In this document: positions 1 through 8,152 of the stretch, piece after piece | How positions within the stretch are numbered: position 1 is the first letter of the stretch | Layout of the letters: each line of letters opens with the position of its first letter | Origin: Thermoanaerobaculia bacterium | GTDB lineage: Bacteria; Acidobacteriota; Thermoanaerobaculia; UBA5066 | Reading direction: 5' to 3' | Assembly (NCBI GenBank): GCA_038245905.1 | Contig: JBBRRY010000010.1 | Span: 1 to 64,000, forward strand | DNA: 64,000 nt | Notes under the pieces: model-generated | What the model was told of the DNA's origin: nothing | What the model saw: the letters and a program-made list of their open reading frames with translations, nothing else | The model's database searches: none | Position numbers and translations under genes: made by a program

Positions 1-111
1 CGCTTCGTCCGCAAGCGCCTTCACTCTGCGGATCGGGTGGTCCCGAGGCACGAGCTCCTCGGGCGTCATCGTCACAACGAGGTCGGGCTGCTGCTCTCTG
101 TCTCCACGCAT
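1..111 (-). CDS. Transposase N-terminus (DUF772-like), partial
   Basis: Not in the ORF track. ATG at 111 gives MRGDREQQPDLVVTMTPEELVPRDHPIRRVKALADEA, matching the MRG...E.LVP.DHP(L/I)R pattern of IS5/IS1182 transposases. Confidence 0.85.
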   Translation of the reverse strand, partial: MRGDREQQPDLVVTMTPEELVPRDHPIRRVKALADEA

Positions 112-186
112 CCCAACAAGGTGCTTCCGCACTTCGCTCTCTTCAAGACTTCGAAAGCTAACTCATCCGACTTTTTCAGCAGCCTG
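1..186 (-). mobile_element. Left end of an IS5/IS1182-type insertion sequence (runs off the window edge)
   Basis: The minus strand from 186 reads CAGGCTGCTGAAAAAGTC, resembling IS5-family termini. It is flanked by CTAG (187-190) and followed by a transposase N-terminus. Confidence 0.8.
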
Positions 187-675
187 CTAGGAGGCGGCGG
201 GAGCCACGGCGGCCCGTCGTCCCTTCGCCGACAGAATCTGCGCGACCATGACGAGCATCCCGACGTCGCGCAGGACGACGAGGCGCATGTCGGCGAGGCG
301 CTCTTCCACCGTCCGGTTCGCTGCCGACACGTCGAAGCAGCCGCAGTCGATGGCGTTCGCGCGCGCGAGGTTCAGGGAGATCGCGGCGATGAAGACGAGG
401 AGGAGCGTGCCGACGAGCGCGGCCGACGTCCGGGTCCAGATGCCGAGAATGAGGGCGAGGCCGGCCAGGAGCTCGAACCACGGCATCACGAGGGCGAACG
501 CGTTGACGAAGGCGCCCGGCACGACGCGGTAGTTGTAAATCATATGCGCGAACGATGGCGGATCGACGATCTTGGGTAGCGCCGCAACGATGAAAAAGAG
601 TCCGAGCGCGATCTGGACACGGACGGTCAGCCAGGGCGAGGCGAGCGCCTCTTTCAGCTTAACGTTCGACGTCAC
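187..675 (-). CDS. MauE/DoxX family membrane protein
   Basis: GTG at 675 overlaps the upstream stop (GTGA). Motifs LGLFFIVAALPKI.DP..F, PWFELLAGL, IDCGCF, RDVGML. Confidence 0.88.
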   Translation of the reverse strand: MTSNVKLKEALASPWLTVRVQIALGLFFIVAALPKIVDPPSFAHMIYNYRVVPGAFVNAFALVMPWFELLAGLALILGIWTRTSAALVGTLLLVFIAAISLNLARANAIDCGCFDVSAANRTVEERLADMRLVVLRDVGMLVMVAQILSAKGRRAAVAPAAS

Positions 676-1376
676 GGCTCGGGCCCGGCCGCGCTCTTGC
701 CGCCGCGCTTCTGCCAGTCCGGCCATCCGTCGCGGTATACGAGGAGGTTCTCGAAGCCAGCCCCGAACAGCTTCTGGGCGAGCATGTGCGAATCCTCGCA
801 GTCGCCGCCGGAGCAGTACAAGACGACAGGAATCGACCCGTCGCGGCCCTCGCCGACCAGAGCCGTCACGCGCGCGTCGATGTCGCTCTCCCACACGGGA
901 AAGCTCTTCGCGCCCGCGATGTGGCCCCCGTCGAAATCCTTCGTCCGGCGCGCGTCGAGGACGAGCGCGCCGCGGGCGAAGAGCCACTCCACGTCGTCGC
1001 CGGAAATCTCCACGTAAGGCTTGTGGTGGGGCGGGAAGCGGCGGAGCAGGTTGGCGGGGGAGGAAGAGGAAGTCTTTGCTTCGGATCCTTGAGGAGGCGC
1101 GGTGGCCTTCGGAGCAGGCGCTGGGGCTGGGCTCGGGCGCTTTTCTTCGATGGGTAATCTGGTGGGAGCGGGGACGTCCGCTGTGGCCTGGGTTGGAGCG
1201 CCCGTCGTCGGGATGGTCGGCGGGGTCTTGTTCTCCGGAACTTTCAGCGCATTCGGGTAGTTGCCGGCGAGCGCGAGCTTGCGTTCGCGGGACGCGAGAG
1301 AGTTCGCGACGAGGGCACAGAGGACGGCGGCTGCGACGAGGGTCAGTGCCTCGCCAATGTGGCGCTTGAAGTTCAC
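672..1376 (-). CDS. Membrane-anchored rhodanese-domain protein
   Basis: N-terminal TM and Pro-rich linker, LDARR..F.GGHIAGA, active loop YCSGGDC, GWPDW. GTG 1376 chosen because TAGAAT lies 7 nt upstream (alternatives 1385 and 1394). Confidence 0.88.
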   Translation of the reverse strand: MNFKRHIGEALTLVAAAVLCALVANSLASRERKLALAGNYPNALKVPENKTPPTIPTTGAPTQATADVPAPTRLPIEEKRPSPAPAPAPKATAPPQGSEAKTSSSSPANLLRRFPPHHKPYVEISGDDVEWLFARGALVLDARRTKDFDGGHIAGAKSFPVWESDIDARVTALVGEGRDGSIPVVLYCSGGDCEDSHMLAQKLFGAGFENLLVYRDGWPDWQKRGGKSAAGPEP

Positions 1377-1444
1377 GATGAGCATTCTATGCAAGCCCGT
1401 CGCCGTCGCATGCTGGGCGTTCGGCGGGGATAGAATGTCCCGAC

Positions 1445-2743
1445 ATGGCCGAAAAGAACTCGATCACGATTACCGACAACCGCACCGGAAAGACGTACGA
1501 GCTGCCGGTCGAAGACGGCACGATCCGCGCGCTCGACCTCCGCAAGATCAAAACCGGCGAGAACGACTTCGGCCTGATGACGTACGACCCAGCCTTCACG
1601 AACACGGCGTCGTGCCGGTCGGCGATCACGTACATCGACGGCGACAAGGGGATCCTGGAATATCGGGGATACCCGATCGAGCAGCTCGCCGAGAAGTCGA
1701 CGTTTCTCGAAGTGGCCTGGCTCCTTCTCAAGGGCGAGCTGCCGAAGGCCGCCGAGCTGAAGGATTTCACACACCACATCACGACGCACACGTATCTCCA
1801 CGAGAACACGAAGAAACTCATGGAGGGCTTCCGGCACGACGCGCACCCGATGGGGATGCTCCTGTCGACGGTCGGGGCTCTTTCGACCTTCTACCCGGAC
1901 GCCAAGCAGATTTTCGACGTCAAGGCGCGGAACCACCACATCGTCCGGCTCATCGCGAAGATGCCGACGATCGCCGCCTTCGCTTACCGACATTCCATCG
2001 GCTTCCCGTACGTTTATCCGGACAACGACCTCTCCTACAGCGGCAATTTCCTGTCGATGATGAAAAAAATGGCCGAGCCGCGATATGAGGTGAATCCGGT
2101 CCTCGAGCGGGCGCTCGACGTCCTTTTCATCCTCCATGCCGATCACGAGCAGAACTGTTCGACGAACGCGATGCGCTCGGTGGGCTCGGCACAGACCGAC
2201 CCGTACTCGTCGGTCGCGGCCGCAACGGCGGCGCTCTACGGCCCTCTTCACGGCGGCGCGAACGAGGCCGTCCTGCGCATGCTTCGGGAGATCGGCGACA
2301 TCCAGCACGTCCCGGCCTTCGTCAAGGAAGTGAAGGAAGGCGCCGGCGAGAAGAAGCTCATGGGCTTCGGCCACCGCGTCTACAAGAACTACGATCCCCG
2401 GGCCACGGTCATCAAGAAGCTCGCGGATCAGGTGTTCGAGGTCACGGGCAAGAACCCGCTCCTCGGGATTGCCCTCGAGATGGAACGCATCGCGCTGCAG
2501 GACGACTACTTCGTCAAGAGAAAGCTGTACCCGAACGTAGACTTCTACTCGGGCCTCATCTACGAGGCGCTCGGGTTCCACTCCGACTTCTTCACCGTGC
2601 TGTTCGCGATTCCGCGCACGGTCGGCTGGCTCGCCCAATGGCAGGAGCTGCTGTCCGATCCCGACCAGAAGATCGCCCGGCCGCGCCAGATCTACACGGG
2701 CTCGCCGCGCCGCGACTACGTGCCGACGGCGAAGCGGAGCTGA
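1445..2743 (+). CDS. gltA: Citrate synthase (type II)
   Basis: ITYIDGDKGILEYRGY, HADHEQNCST, GPLHGGANE, GFGHRVYKNYDPR, YPNVDFYSG. Confidence 0.98.
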   Translation: MAEKNSITITDNRTGKTYELPVEDGTIRALDLRKIKTGENDFGLMTYDPAFTNTASCRSAITYIDGDKGILEYRGYPIEQLAEKSTFLEVAWLLLKGELPKAAELKDFTHHITTHTYLHENTKKLMEGFRHDAHPMGMLLSTVGALSTFYPDAKQIFDVKARNHHIVRLIAKMPTIAAFAYRHSIGFPYVYPDNDLSYSGNFLSMMKKMAEPRYEVNPVLERALDVLFILHADHEQNCSTNAMRSVGSAQTDPYSSVAAATAALYGPLHGGANEAVLRMLREIGDIQHVPAFVKEVKEGAGEKKLMGFGHRVYKNYDPRATVIKKLADQVFEVTGKNPLLGIALEMERIALQDDYFVKRKLYPNVDFYSGLIYEALGFHSDFFTVLFAIPRTVGWLAQWQELLSDPDQKIARPRQIYTGSPRRDYVPTAKRS

Positions 2744-2761
2744 CGGGCAGCTCGGAGTCCC

Positions 2762-3226
2762 ATGGCTGAGGAGATCGAACGGAAGTACCTCGTCGCCGGC
2801 ACCGGCTGGAAGATCGGCGCTACGGGCACGCGGGTCGTTCAAGGCTACCTCTCGAGCGGGAAGGAGTGCACCGTCCGCGTGCGGATCGCCGGCGAGAAGG
2901 GATTCCTGACGATCAAGGGCGGGAACACGGGCGTCACGCGCACGGAGTTCGAGTATCCGATCCCGATTGCCGACGCCTCGGCGATGCTCGACGCGCTCTG
3001 CGAGCGGCCGTTCATCGAAAAGACCCGCTGGGTCAGCGCTTACGAAGGGTTCGTGTGGGAAGTCGACGAGTTCCACGGCGAGAACGACGGCCTCGTCGTC
3101 GCCGAGGTCGAGCTTGAGGCGGCCGGCACGAAGCCGGCCCTTCCCGCGTGGGTGCGCGAGGAAGTCTCGTCCGATCCGCGCTATTTCAACGCGAACCTCG
3201 TCAAGAAGCCCTTCAAGACCTGGTGA
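2762..3226 (+). CDS. CYTH domain protein (triphosphate tunnel metalloenzyme)
   Basis: EIERKYLV (ExExK), QGYL, VRVRI, WEVDEF, AEVEL. Confidence 0.93.
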   Translation: MAEEIERKYLVAGTGWKIGATGTRVVQGYLSSGKECTVRVRIAGEKGFLTIKGGNTGVTRTEFEYPIPIADASAMLDALCERPFIEKTRWVSAYEGFVWEVDEFHGENDGLVVAEVELEAAGTKPALPAWVREEVSSDPRYFNANLVKKPFKTW

Positions 3227-3239
3227 TCCAATGGCGGGT

Positions 3240-3686
3240 TCAGGCCCGGGAGGCGCAGCCCGGGCAGGTCCCACGCAGCGTGACGTCGGCGCTCTCGACG
3301 ACGTGGCCGCTCGGGAGGCGGAGCTTCGGAACCGGCGGGACGGCGTCCCAGGGAATGTCGTGCACGGCGCCGCAGTGCGTGCAGACGAAGTGGTGGTGCG
3401 CGTCGAGGTTCGCGTCGTAGCGCGCGACCGCGTCGTCGAAGACGAGCTCCTCGATCAGGCCGCTGATCTTCAGGGAATGGAGGACGTTGTAGATCGAAGC
3501 GCGCGACGCGGTCGGCACGAGGCGGTTCACGGCCGCGCCGACTTCTTCGGCAGTGGGATGCTTTGGCGTCGCGAGCAGGTACTCGAGCACGGCGACGCGC
3601 TGCTGCGTGACCCTGAGATTTTTGTCCCGAAGCCGTGCCGACAGCATGGCTCTCGTGTCCGTCGGGACTTCCACTCTCGATTCCAT
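3240..3686 (-). CDS. Fur family transcriptional repressor, PerR-like
   Basis: VTQQR.AVLEYL, HPTAEE, YD.N...HHHFVCTHCG and C-terminal CPGC (two CxxC motifs). Confidence 0.92.
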   Translation of the reverse strand: MESRVEVPTDTRAMLSARLRDKNLRVTQQRVAVLEYLLATPKHPTAEEVGAAVNRLVPTASRASIYNVLHSLKISGLIEELVFDDAVARYDANLDAHHHFVCTHCGAVHDIPWDAVPPVPKLRLPSGHVVESADVTLRGTCPGCASRA

Positions 3687-3692
3687 CTCTTC

Positions 3693-3707
3693 TTAGATTA
3701 AGTCTAG
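3693..3707. promoter_or_regulatory. Putative Fur/PerR-type operator overlapping the -10 region of the fur-family gene
   Basis: AT-rich imperfect 7-1-7 inverted repeat TTAGATT-A-AGTCTAG between the divergent fur and ECF genes. The minus strand contains TAATCT 8 nt before the ATG. Confidence 0.5.
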
Positions 3708-3784
3708 TTTGAGTTCCGGGCAAGCCCCAAGGCGGAATAATCTTGCCTCCCGGCCGCATCTCCTTGCGGAAGAATGATCTGACG

Positions 3785-4366
3785 ATGGCCTTCTTTGCGC
3801 GCCGCCCCGCTCCGACCGACCGCGTTCGCGAAGACTTCGACCGCGAGGCTTGGCCGCATTTCCGCGAAATCTATCGTGCGGCGCTGCGGCTGACGCGGCG
3901 TCCCGCCGAGGCCGAGGATCTCGCGCAGGAAGTCTTCCTGCAGGCGTGGAAGTCGTTCGAAAGGTTCGAGCGCGGGACGAACTGCCGGGCCTGGCTCTAC
4001 CGGATTCTCTGGAACGTGGACCACCAGCGGATGCGCAAAAAGCTGCCGGTCACGCTCGGCGCCGAAGGCGAGGCCCTTCTCGCCGACACGCTCGCGGCCG
4101 AAGAGACGACACCGACGGAGATCCGCGACGAGGAGGTGTCGGCCGCGCTCGAGGCCCTCTCCGAAGAGCATCGCCGGATCCTCCTCCTCTCCGACGTGGA
4201 GGAGTTCACGTACAAGGAAATCGCGAACCTTCTCAAGGTGCCGATCGGCACGGTGATGTCCCGCCTCTCCCGGGCCCGGAGCGCGCTTCGGGAGAAGGTG
4301 CGCGGGTCCGCGGCGGCGGCCGCGGTGCTCGGAAGCCGGCCAGCCGCCGAGGGAGGAACCCCGTGA
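3785..4366 (+). CDS. ECF sigma-70 family RNA polymerase sigma factor
   Basis: AEDLAQEVFLQAWKSFERF..GTNCRAWLYRI (region 2); YKEIA..L.VPIGTVMSRLSRAR (region 4). Confidence 0.95.
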   Translation: MAFFARRPAPTDRVREDFDREAWPHFREIYRAALRLTRRPAEAEDLAQEVFLQAWKSFERFERGTNCRAWLYRILWNVDHQRMRKKLPVTLGAEGEALLADTLAAEETTPTEIRDEEVSAALEALSEEHRRILLLSDVEEFTYKEIANLLKVPIGTVMSRLSRARSALREKVRGSAAAAAVLGSRPAAEGGTP

Positions 4367-5220
4367 CCGCGACTGTTCAACTTCGCGACTACGCCTGCGC
4401 CAGGGTGCGGCGGCGACTGGACTCCTATTCGATCGGAGAGCTCTCCGTCGACCTTTCTCACGAGATCCTCGAGCACCTTGATCGCTGCCCCGAGTGTGCG
4501 GCCGAGGCCGGGGCGCGCGAGAAGCTCCGCGCCTCGCTCCGGCGTGTGGCGGCGCTCACGCCCGGCCCTCGCGAAGGATTCGAAGACGAGGTTCGCGCGC
4601 TCGTCACCCGGACGCCGATACGGCGAGCCGTGCCGGCGTCGCTCCTTCTCGCGGCTTCCCTCATCGCCGGTGCCGGCCTGACCGGCTGGCTCGTCTTGTC
4701 GCGGGCGGCCGCGCCCGAGGCCTCGAAGGCCGCGGTCGTCGCGATTCTCGACGACGGCGCGGCGGATCTCGCGGCGCTCGACCACAAGAACTGTGCGCGG
4801 GCTGCGAGCTGGCCGCGCGAGGCCGCGTCCGCCGAGGCGTTCACGAGAGGCGTCGACGCGTCTCTCGCCGCGGCCGCGCGAGCAGCGGCGGCGAGCCTAC
4901 CGGGATACGCTCCGGTCTCGGCGCACGAGTGCGATCACGCGGGCGAGACGACCTTCCACATCATCCTCAGGCGGCGCGGAGACGAGAGCCCGGACGGGCT
5001 CGTGTCGGTCGTCGTGACGCGTCCTCTGTCGGCGATCGCGGCGCGTGCGAAGGCGACGGAGCTGCTGGCCGCCTCGTCGCGGCTGGGCTTCTCGGTCGCA
5101 GGGGCGCGCATCCGGGACGGGAGGATCGTCCTTGTCGTCGCGAGCGCGGACGAGAGGACCGCGATCGAGATCGGGCGCGCGGTGCTCCCGGCGTTCGCGG
5201 CGGCCGTGGCCGTTCGCTGA
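4363..5220 (+). CDS. Zinc-binding (ZAS/zf-HC2) transmembrane anti-sigma factor
   Basis: GTGA coupling to the sigma gene, HLDRCPEC (HxxxCxxC), TM segment, extracytoplasmic domain. Confidence 0.85.
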   Translation: MTATVQLRDYACARVRRRLDSYSIGELSVDLSHEILEHLDRCPECAAEAGAREKLRASLRRVAALTPGPREGFEDEVRALVTRTPIRRAVPASLLLAASLIAGAGLTGWLVLSRAAAPEASKAAVVAILDDGAADLAALDHKNCARAASWPREAASAEAFTRGVDASLAAAARAAAASLPGYAPVSAHECDHAGETTFHIILRRRGDESPDGLVSVVVTRPLSAIAARAKATELLAASSRLGFSVAGARIRDGRIVLVVASADERTAIEIGRAVLPAFAAAVAVR

Positions 5221-5232
5221 GGAAGAGGGGGG

Positions 5233-5940
5233 TCAGTTCGGGGTCGCGCCGTGAGCGTCCGTGATGAACGGACGGCCGATTCGCGACCAGCGCGGGCCCT
5301 TGAAGAACTTCTGGTTCCAGCTCCACATGACGCCCACCCCGCGGCCGAGCAGATCCCGGATGGGCCGCGTGCCGAAGAAGCGCGCGTCGCGGCTCTCGTC
5401 GCGGTTGTCGCCCATCAGGAAGATCTCTCCCTCCGGCACCGTGATCGGACCGAAGGTTCGGAACGCGGGCCGGTCGGGCAAGACGCGCAAGGGGTGTGGC
5501 CGTCCGTCGAGGAGCTCGGTGCCGAGGAGGATCGTCTCGCCGTCTTCCGATTTCAGCTCGGGAAGAAATTCGGTGACTTGCGCCTTCTTGTTGACGTAGA
5601 GCGTCTCGTTCCGGAGCTCGACGACGTCGCCCGGGAGTCCGACGAGGCGCTTGACGAAGGGGACGCTGCCGCCGTCCGGGTTCCGAATGACGACGACATC
5701 TCCACGCTTCGGCGTCCCGGTCTCGAAAAGACGAATCTTCGAGAAGGGAACGCGGAACTGGTATGCCGACTTCCAGACGAAGACGCGGTCGCCCTCGAGG
5801 ATCGTGGGCTTCATGGAGCCTGTCGGAACGACATACCAGTCGGCCAGGACCGACCGTCCCGTCAGGATGACAGCGGCCATGAGGAGGAGCTGGCGGATGT
5901 CTTTGAGGAGTGCGGCGCGCTTTTCCGGCGTGAATCCCAT
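5233..5940 (-). CDS. lepB: Signal peptidase I
   Basis: VPTGSMKPT (catalytic Ser), FVKRLVGLPGD (catalytic Lys), MGDNRDESRDARFFG. Confidence 0.93.
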   Translation of the reverse strand: MGFTPEKRAALLKDIRQLLLMAAVILTGRSVLADWYVVPTGSMKPTILEGDRVFVWKSAYQFRVPFSKIRLFETGTPKRGDVVVIRNPDGGSVPFVKRLVGLPGDVVELRNETLYVNKKAQVTEFLPELKSEDGETILLGTELLDGRPHPLRVLPDRPAFRTFGPITVPEGEIFLMGDNRDESRDARFFGTRPIRDLLGRGVGVMWSWNQKFFKGPRWSRIGRPFITDAHGATPN

Positions 5941-5999
5941 GAGGAATGGGATCTTCGCACAACGCGTGCCGAAGACACCCACCGCGCTATTCTTCCGGC

Positions 6000-6479
6000 A
6001 TGCCCCGCTACACGGACCGCCACGCGGCATCGGGAGTGCGTGACGCGCTTCCGGGGCTCGAGACCTGGCCCTCTCAGTACCCCGCGGACTACGAGGTCGT
6101 CATCACGATTCCCGAGTTCACGTCGATCTGCCCGAAGACCGGTCTGCCGGACTTCGCCACGCTCACCGTGACGTACGTTCCCGACCGCCGATGTGTCGAG
6201 CTGAAGTCTCTGAAGGAGTACGTGAACGCCTATCGGAGCCTCGGCATCTTCAACGAGAACGTCGTGAACCGTTTCCTCGGGGATCTCGTCCGCGCGCTCG
6301 AACCGCGCCGGATGGCCGTCCGGGGCGTCTTCACGCCCCGCGGCGGCATCCAGACGACAGTCGAGGCGAAGGCGGGAGCCCCCGCAACTACTTCTTCTTC
6401 GGCGCGGGGCCCCCGGAGGCGCCCCCCGGAACCGTCGTCCCGTCGCTCTGGATCCGGCGGTAGACCGAAAGCGCGTTGA
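6000..6479 (+). CDS. queF: PreQ1 synthase (7-cyano-7-deazaguanine reductase), unimodular type
   Basis: PEFTSICPKTGLPDF, ELKSLK.Y, FTPRGGI. TATTCT lies 6 nt upstream of ATG 6000. Confidence 0.93.
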   Translation: MPRYTDRHAASGVRDALPGLETWPSQYPADYEVVITIPEFTSICPKTGLPDFATLTVTYVPDRRCVELKSLKEYVNAYRSLGIFNENVVNRFLGDLVRALEPRRMAVRGVFTPRGGIQTTVEAKAGAPATTSSSARGPRRRPPEPSSRRSGSGGRPKAR

Positions 6480-7371
6480 TCGCGCTCAGCTCGCGGGGAC
6501 AGTAGTCGCTCAGCTTTTCGGCGGCGAGCTCGCCCGACACGCGCGCTTCGGGAGCGTTCTGCTTCTTCTTTTCGGTGAGGAAAGCGAGCATCGACTTGAG
6601 GTAGCGGCGGGTCTTCTCGATTTCCGTGGCGGCGGCGGACGTCGGATTGCCGCGAGTCGGAACGAGGCCTTGCGCGCCCAGCGAGTCGAGCCGCTCGAGG
6701 ATCCCGATCCAGCCCTTCAAGTCACTGTCGGGATCCGAGAGCATCGGGCATCGATCGGTGGTTACGAGATCGCCCGTGTACACGGTTCGCGTCGACGTGT
6801 CGAAGACGTACAGGTCGTATGCGGTATGCGCGTTCCCGGACGGAATTCCGATTTCGAAGGCGCGCTTGCCAGAAACGAACGCGACGCGGTCGCTGATGCC
6901 GACGATGCTCGGGGTCTTGCCGCTCCCCTGCGCGACCGCACCTCCGAGGAGGCCCGTGGCGTGGGCGTTCACGAAGATCGTGGCGTCCGTCGGAAGGAAC
7001 GACGAGAACGCGTCGTTCGAGTCGGAGTGCAGGTGGGTCATGGCGATCCACTTGATGGGCTTGTTCTTCGTCGTCCGTGCGATCTCGGCCTTGAGGTTCC
7101 TCGCGTCCACGGCCGTCGCTCCCGTATCGATCACGAAAACGCCGTCGCCGGCTTCGATCCACGAGCAGTTCGTCGGCCCGAACCGGCCGAACCACGAGTT
7201 GTCGGCCGCGAAGGGCTTCACGACCTCGAAGGGAGGCAGATCGGGCGCCTGCTGCTTCGGTGTCTCGACCGCGAGCGCGGAGCTCCCGCGGAGGGCGAAA
7301 GCGAGGAAGGCGAGCTGTGCGGGCCAGGCGAATCGGGAAGAGAACGAGCAATTCATGAAGTCTCCTGTCAT
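6388..7371 (-). CDS. Exported MBL-fold protein with a degenerate metal site
   Basis: Signal peptide, VIDTG, THLHSDSN, AHT..D, YTGDL. Start may be 7356. Confidence 0.8.
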   Translation of the reverse strand: MTGDFMNCSFSSRFAWPAQLAFLAFALRGSSALAVETPKQQAPDLPPFEVVKPFAADNSWFGRFGPTNCSWIEAGDGVFVIDTGATAVDARNLKAEIARTTKNKPIKWIAMTHLHSDSNDAFSSFLPTDATIFVNAHATGLLGGAVAQGSGKTPSIVGISDRVAFVSGKRAFEIGIPSGNAHTAYDLYVFDTSTRTVYTGDLVTTDRCPMLSDPDSDLKGWIGILERLDSLGAQGLVPTRGNPTSAAATEIEKTRRYLKSMLAFLTEKKKQNAPEARVSGELAAEKLSDYCPRELSAINALSVYRRIQSDGTTVPGGASGGPAPKKK

Positions 7372-8084
7372 TGAGGGCGATGGACGAATGCGAGGTTGAG
7401 AGACGCGTGCGAGCGGCAGGCGTCGAGGAAGGCCTCGAAAAGCGCCTTCTGCTTCCGTTTCGCAACGAGATTCTCAGGATGCCACTGTACGCAGGCGAGG
7501 AAGGAGCCCTCGCGCCGTTCGAGCGCCTCGACGAGGTCGTCCGGTGAAGCGGCCAGCGCGAGGAGGCCAGGAGCCAGGTCCTTCACGCCCTGGTGGTGGC
7601 GCGAGTTTACGGGGAGGCCGTCGAGGGCGGCGACCGCCGCGGCGAATCGCGAGCCGGATCCGCCTGGCCGCGCCCTCACGATGTGTGCGTGCGCCGAGTG
7701 CGGCTCGGCGTCGTGCGCGAGGCCGCGCGGGCGCTGGGTCTCGAGATCCTGCCACAGGGTGCCGCCGAGCGCGGCGTTGACGACCTGAAGCCCGCGGCAG
7801 ATCCCGAAGACCGGGACCTCGAGTCTCTCCGCGGCCCCGAAGAGAGCGAAGTCCAGGGTATCTCTCTCGGGATGTAGCTCGAGACCGGGTGCGTTCGGGG
7901 ATTCGCCGTAGCGCGCGGGGTCCACGTCCCTGCCACCCGCGAGAAGCAGGCCGTCGAACGCGCCGGGATCCGCGTCGCCCGGGAGCACGACGACGACCTC
8001 TTCGGGCAGCGCGCCGGCCGCAAGCAGAGCGCCGCGGTAAATCTCGTTCGGTTGCTTCGCGTCGGACGCGATGACGATTTTCAT
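7368..8084 (-). CDS. Peptidase C26 / gamma-glutamyl-gamma-aminobutyrate hydrolase family
   Basis: GLLLAGG.DVDP, GICRGLQ (catalytic Cys), VNSRHHQ, VQWHPE. Confidence 0.92.
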   Translation of the reverse strand: MKIVIASDAKQPNEIYRGALLAAGALPEEVVVVLPGDADPGAFDGLLLAGGRDVDPARYGESPNAPGLELHPERDTLDFALFGAAERLEVPVFGICRGLQVVNAALGGTLWQDLETQRPRGLAHDAEPHSAHAHIVRARPGGSGSRFAAAVAALDGLPVNSRHHQGVKDLAPGLLALAASPDDLVEALERREGSFLACVQWHPENLVAKRKQKALFEAFLDACRSHASLNLAFVHRPQ

Positions 8085-8152
8085 GGATTGAAATGTGCTT
8101 CCGGAGCGGACGGCGCCGCGCGGGGGGCGAGGGGAGCGATTATAGAGACGAC

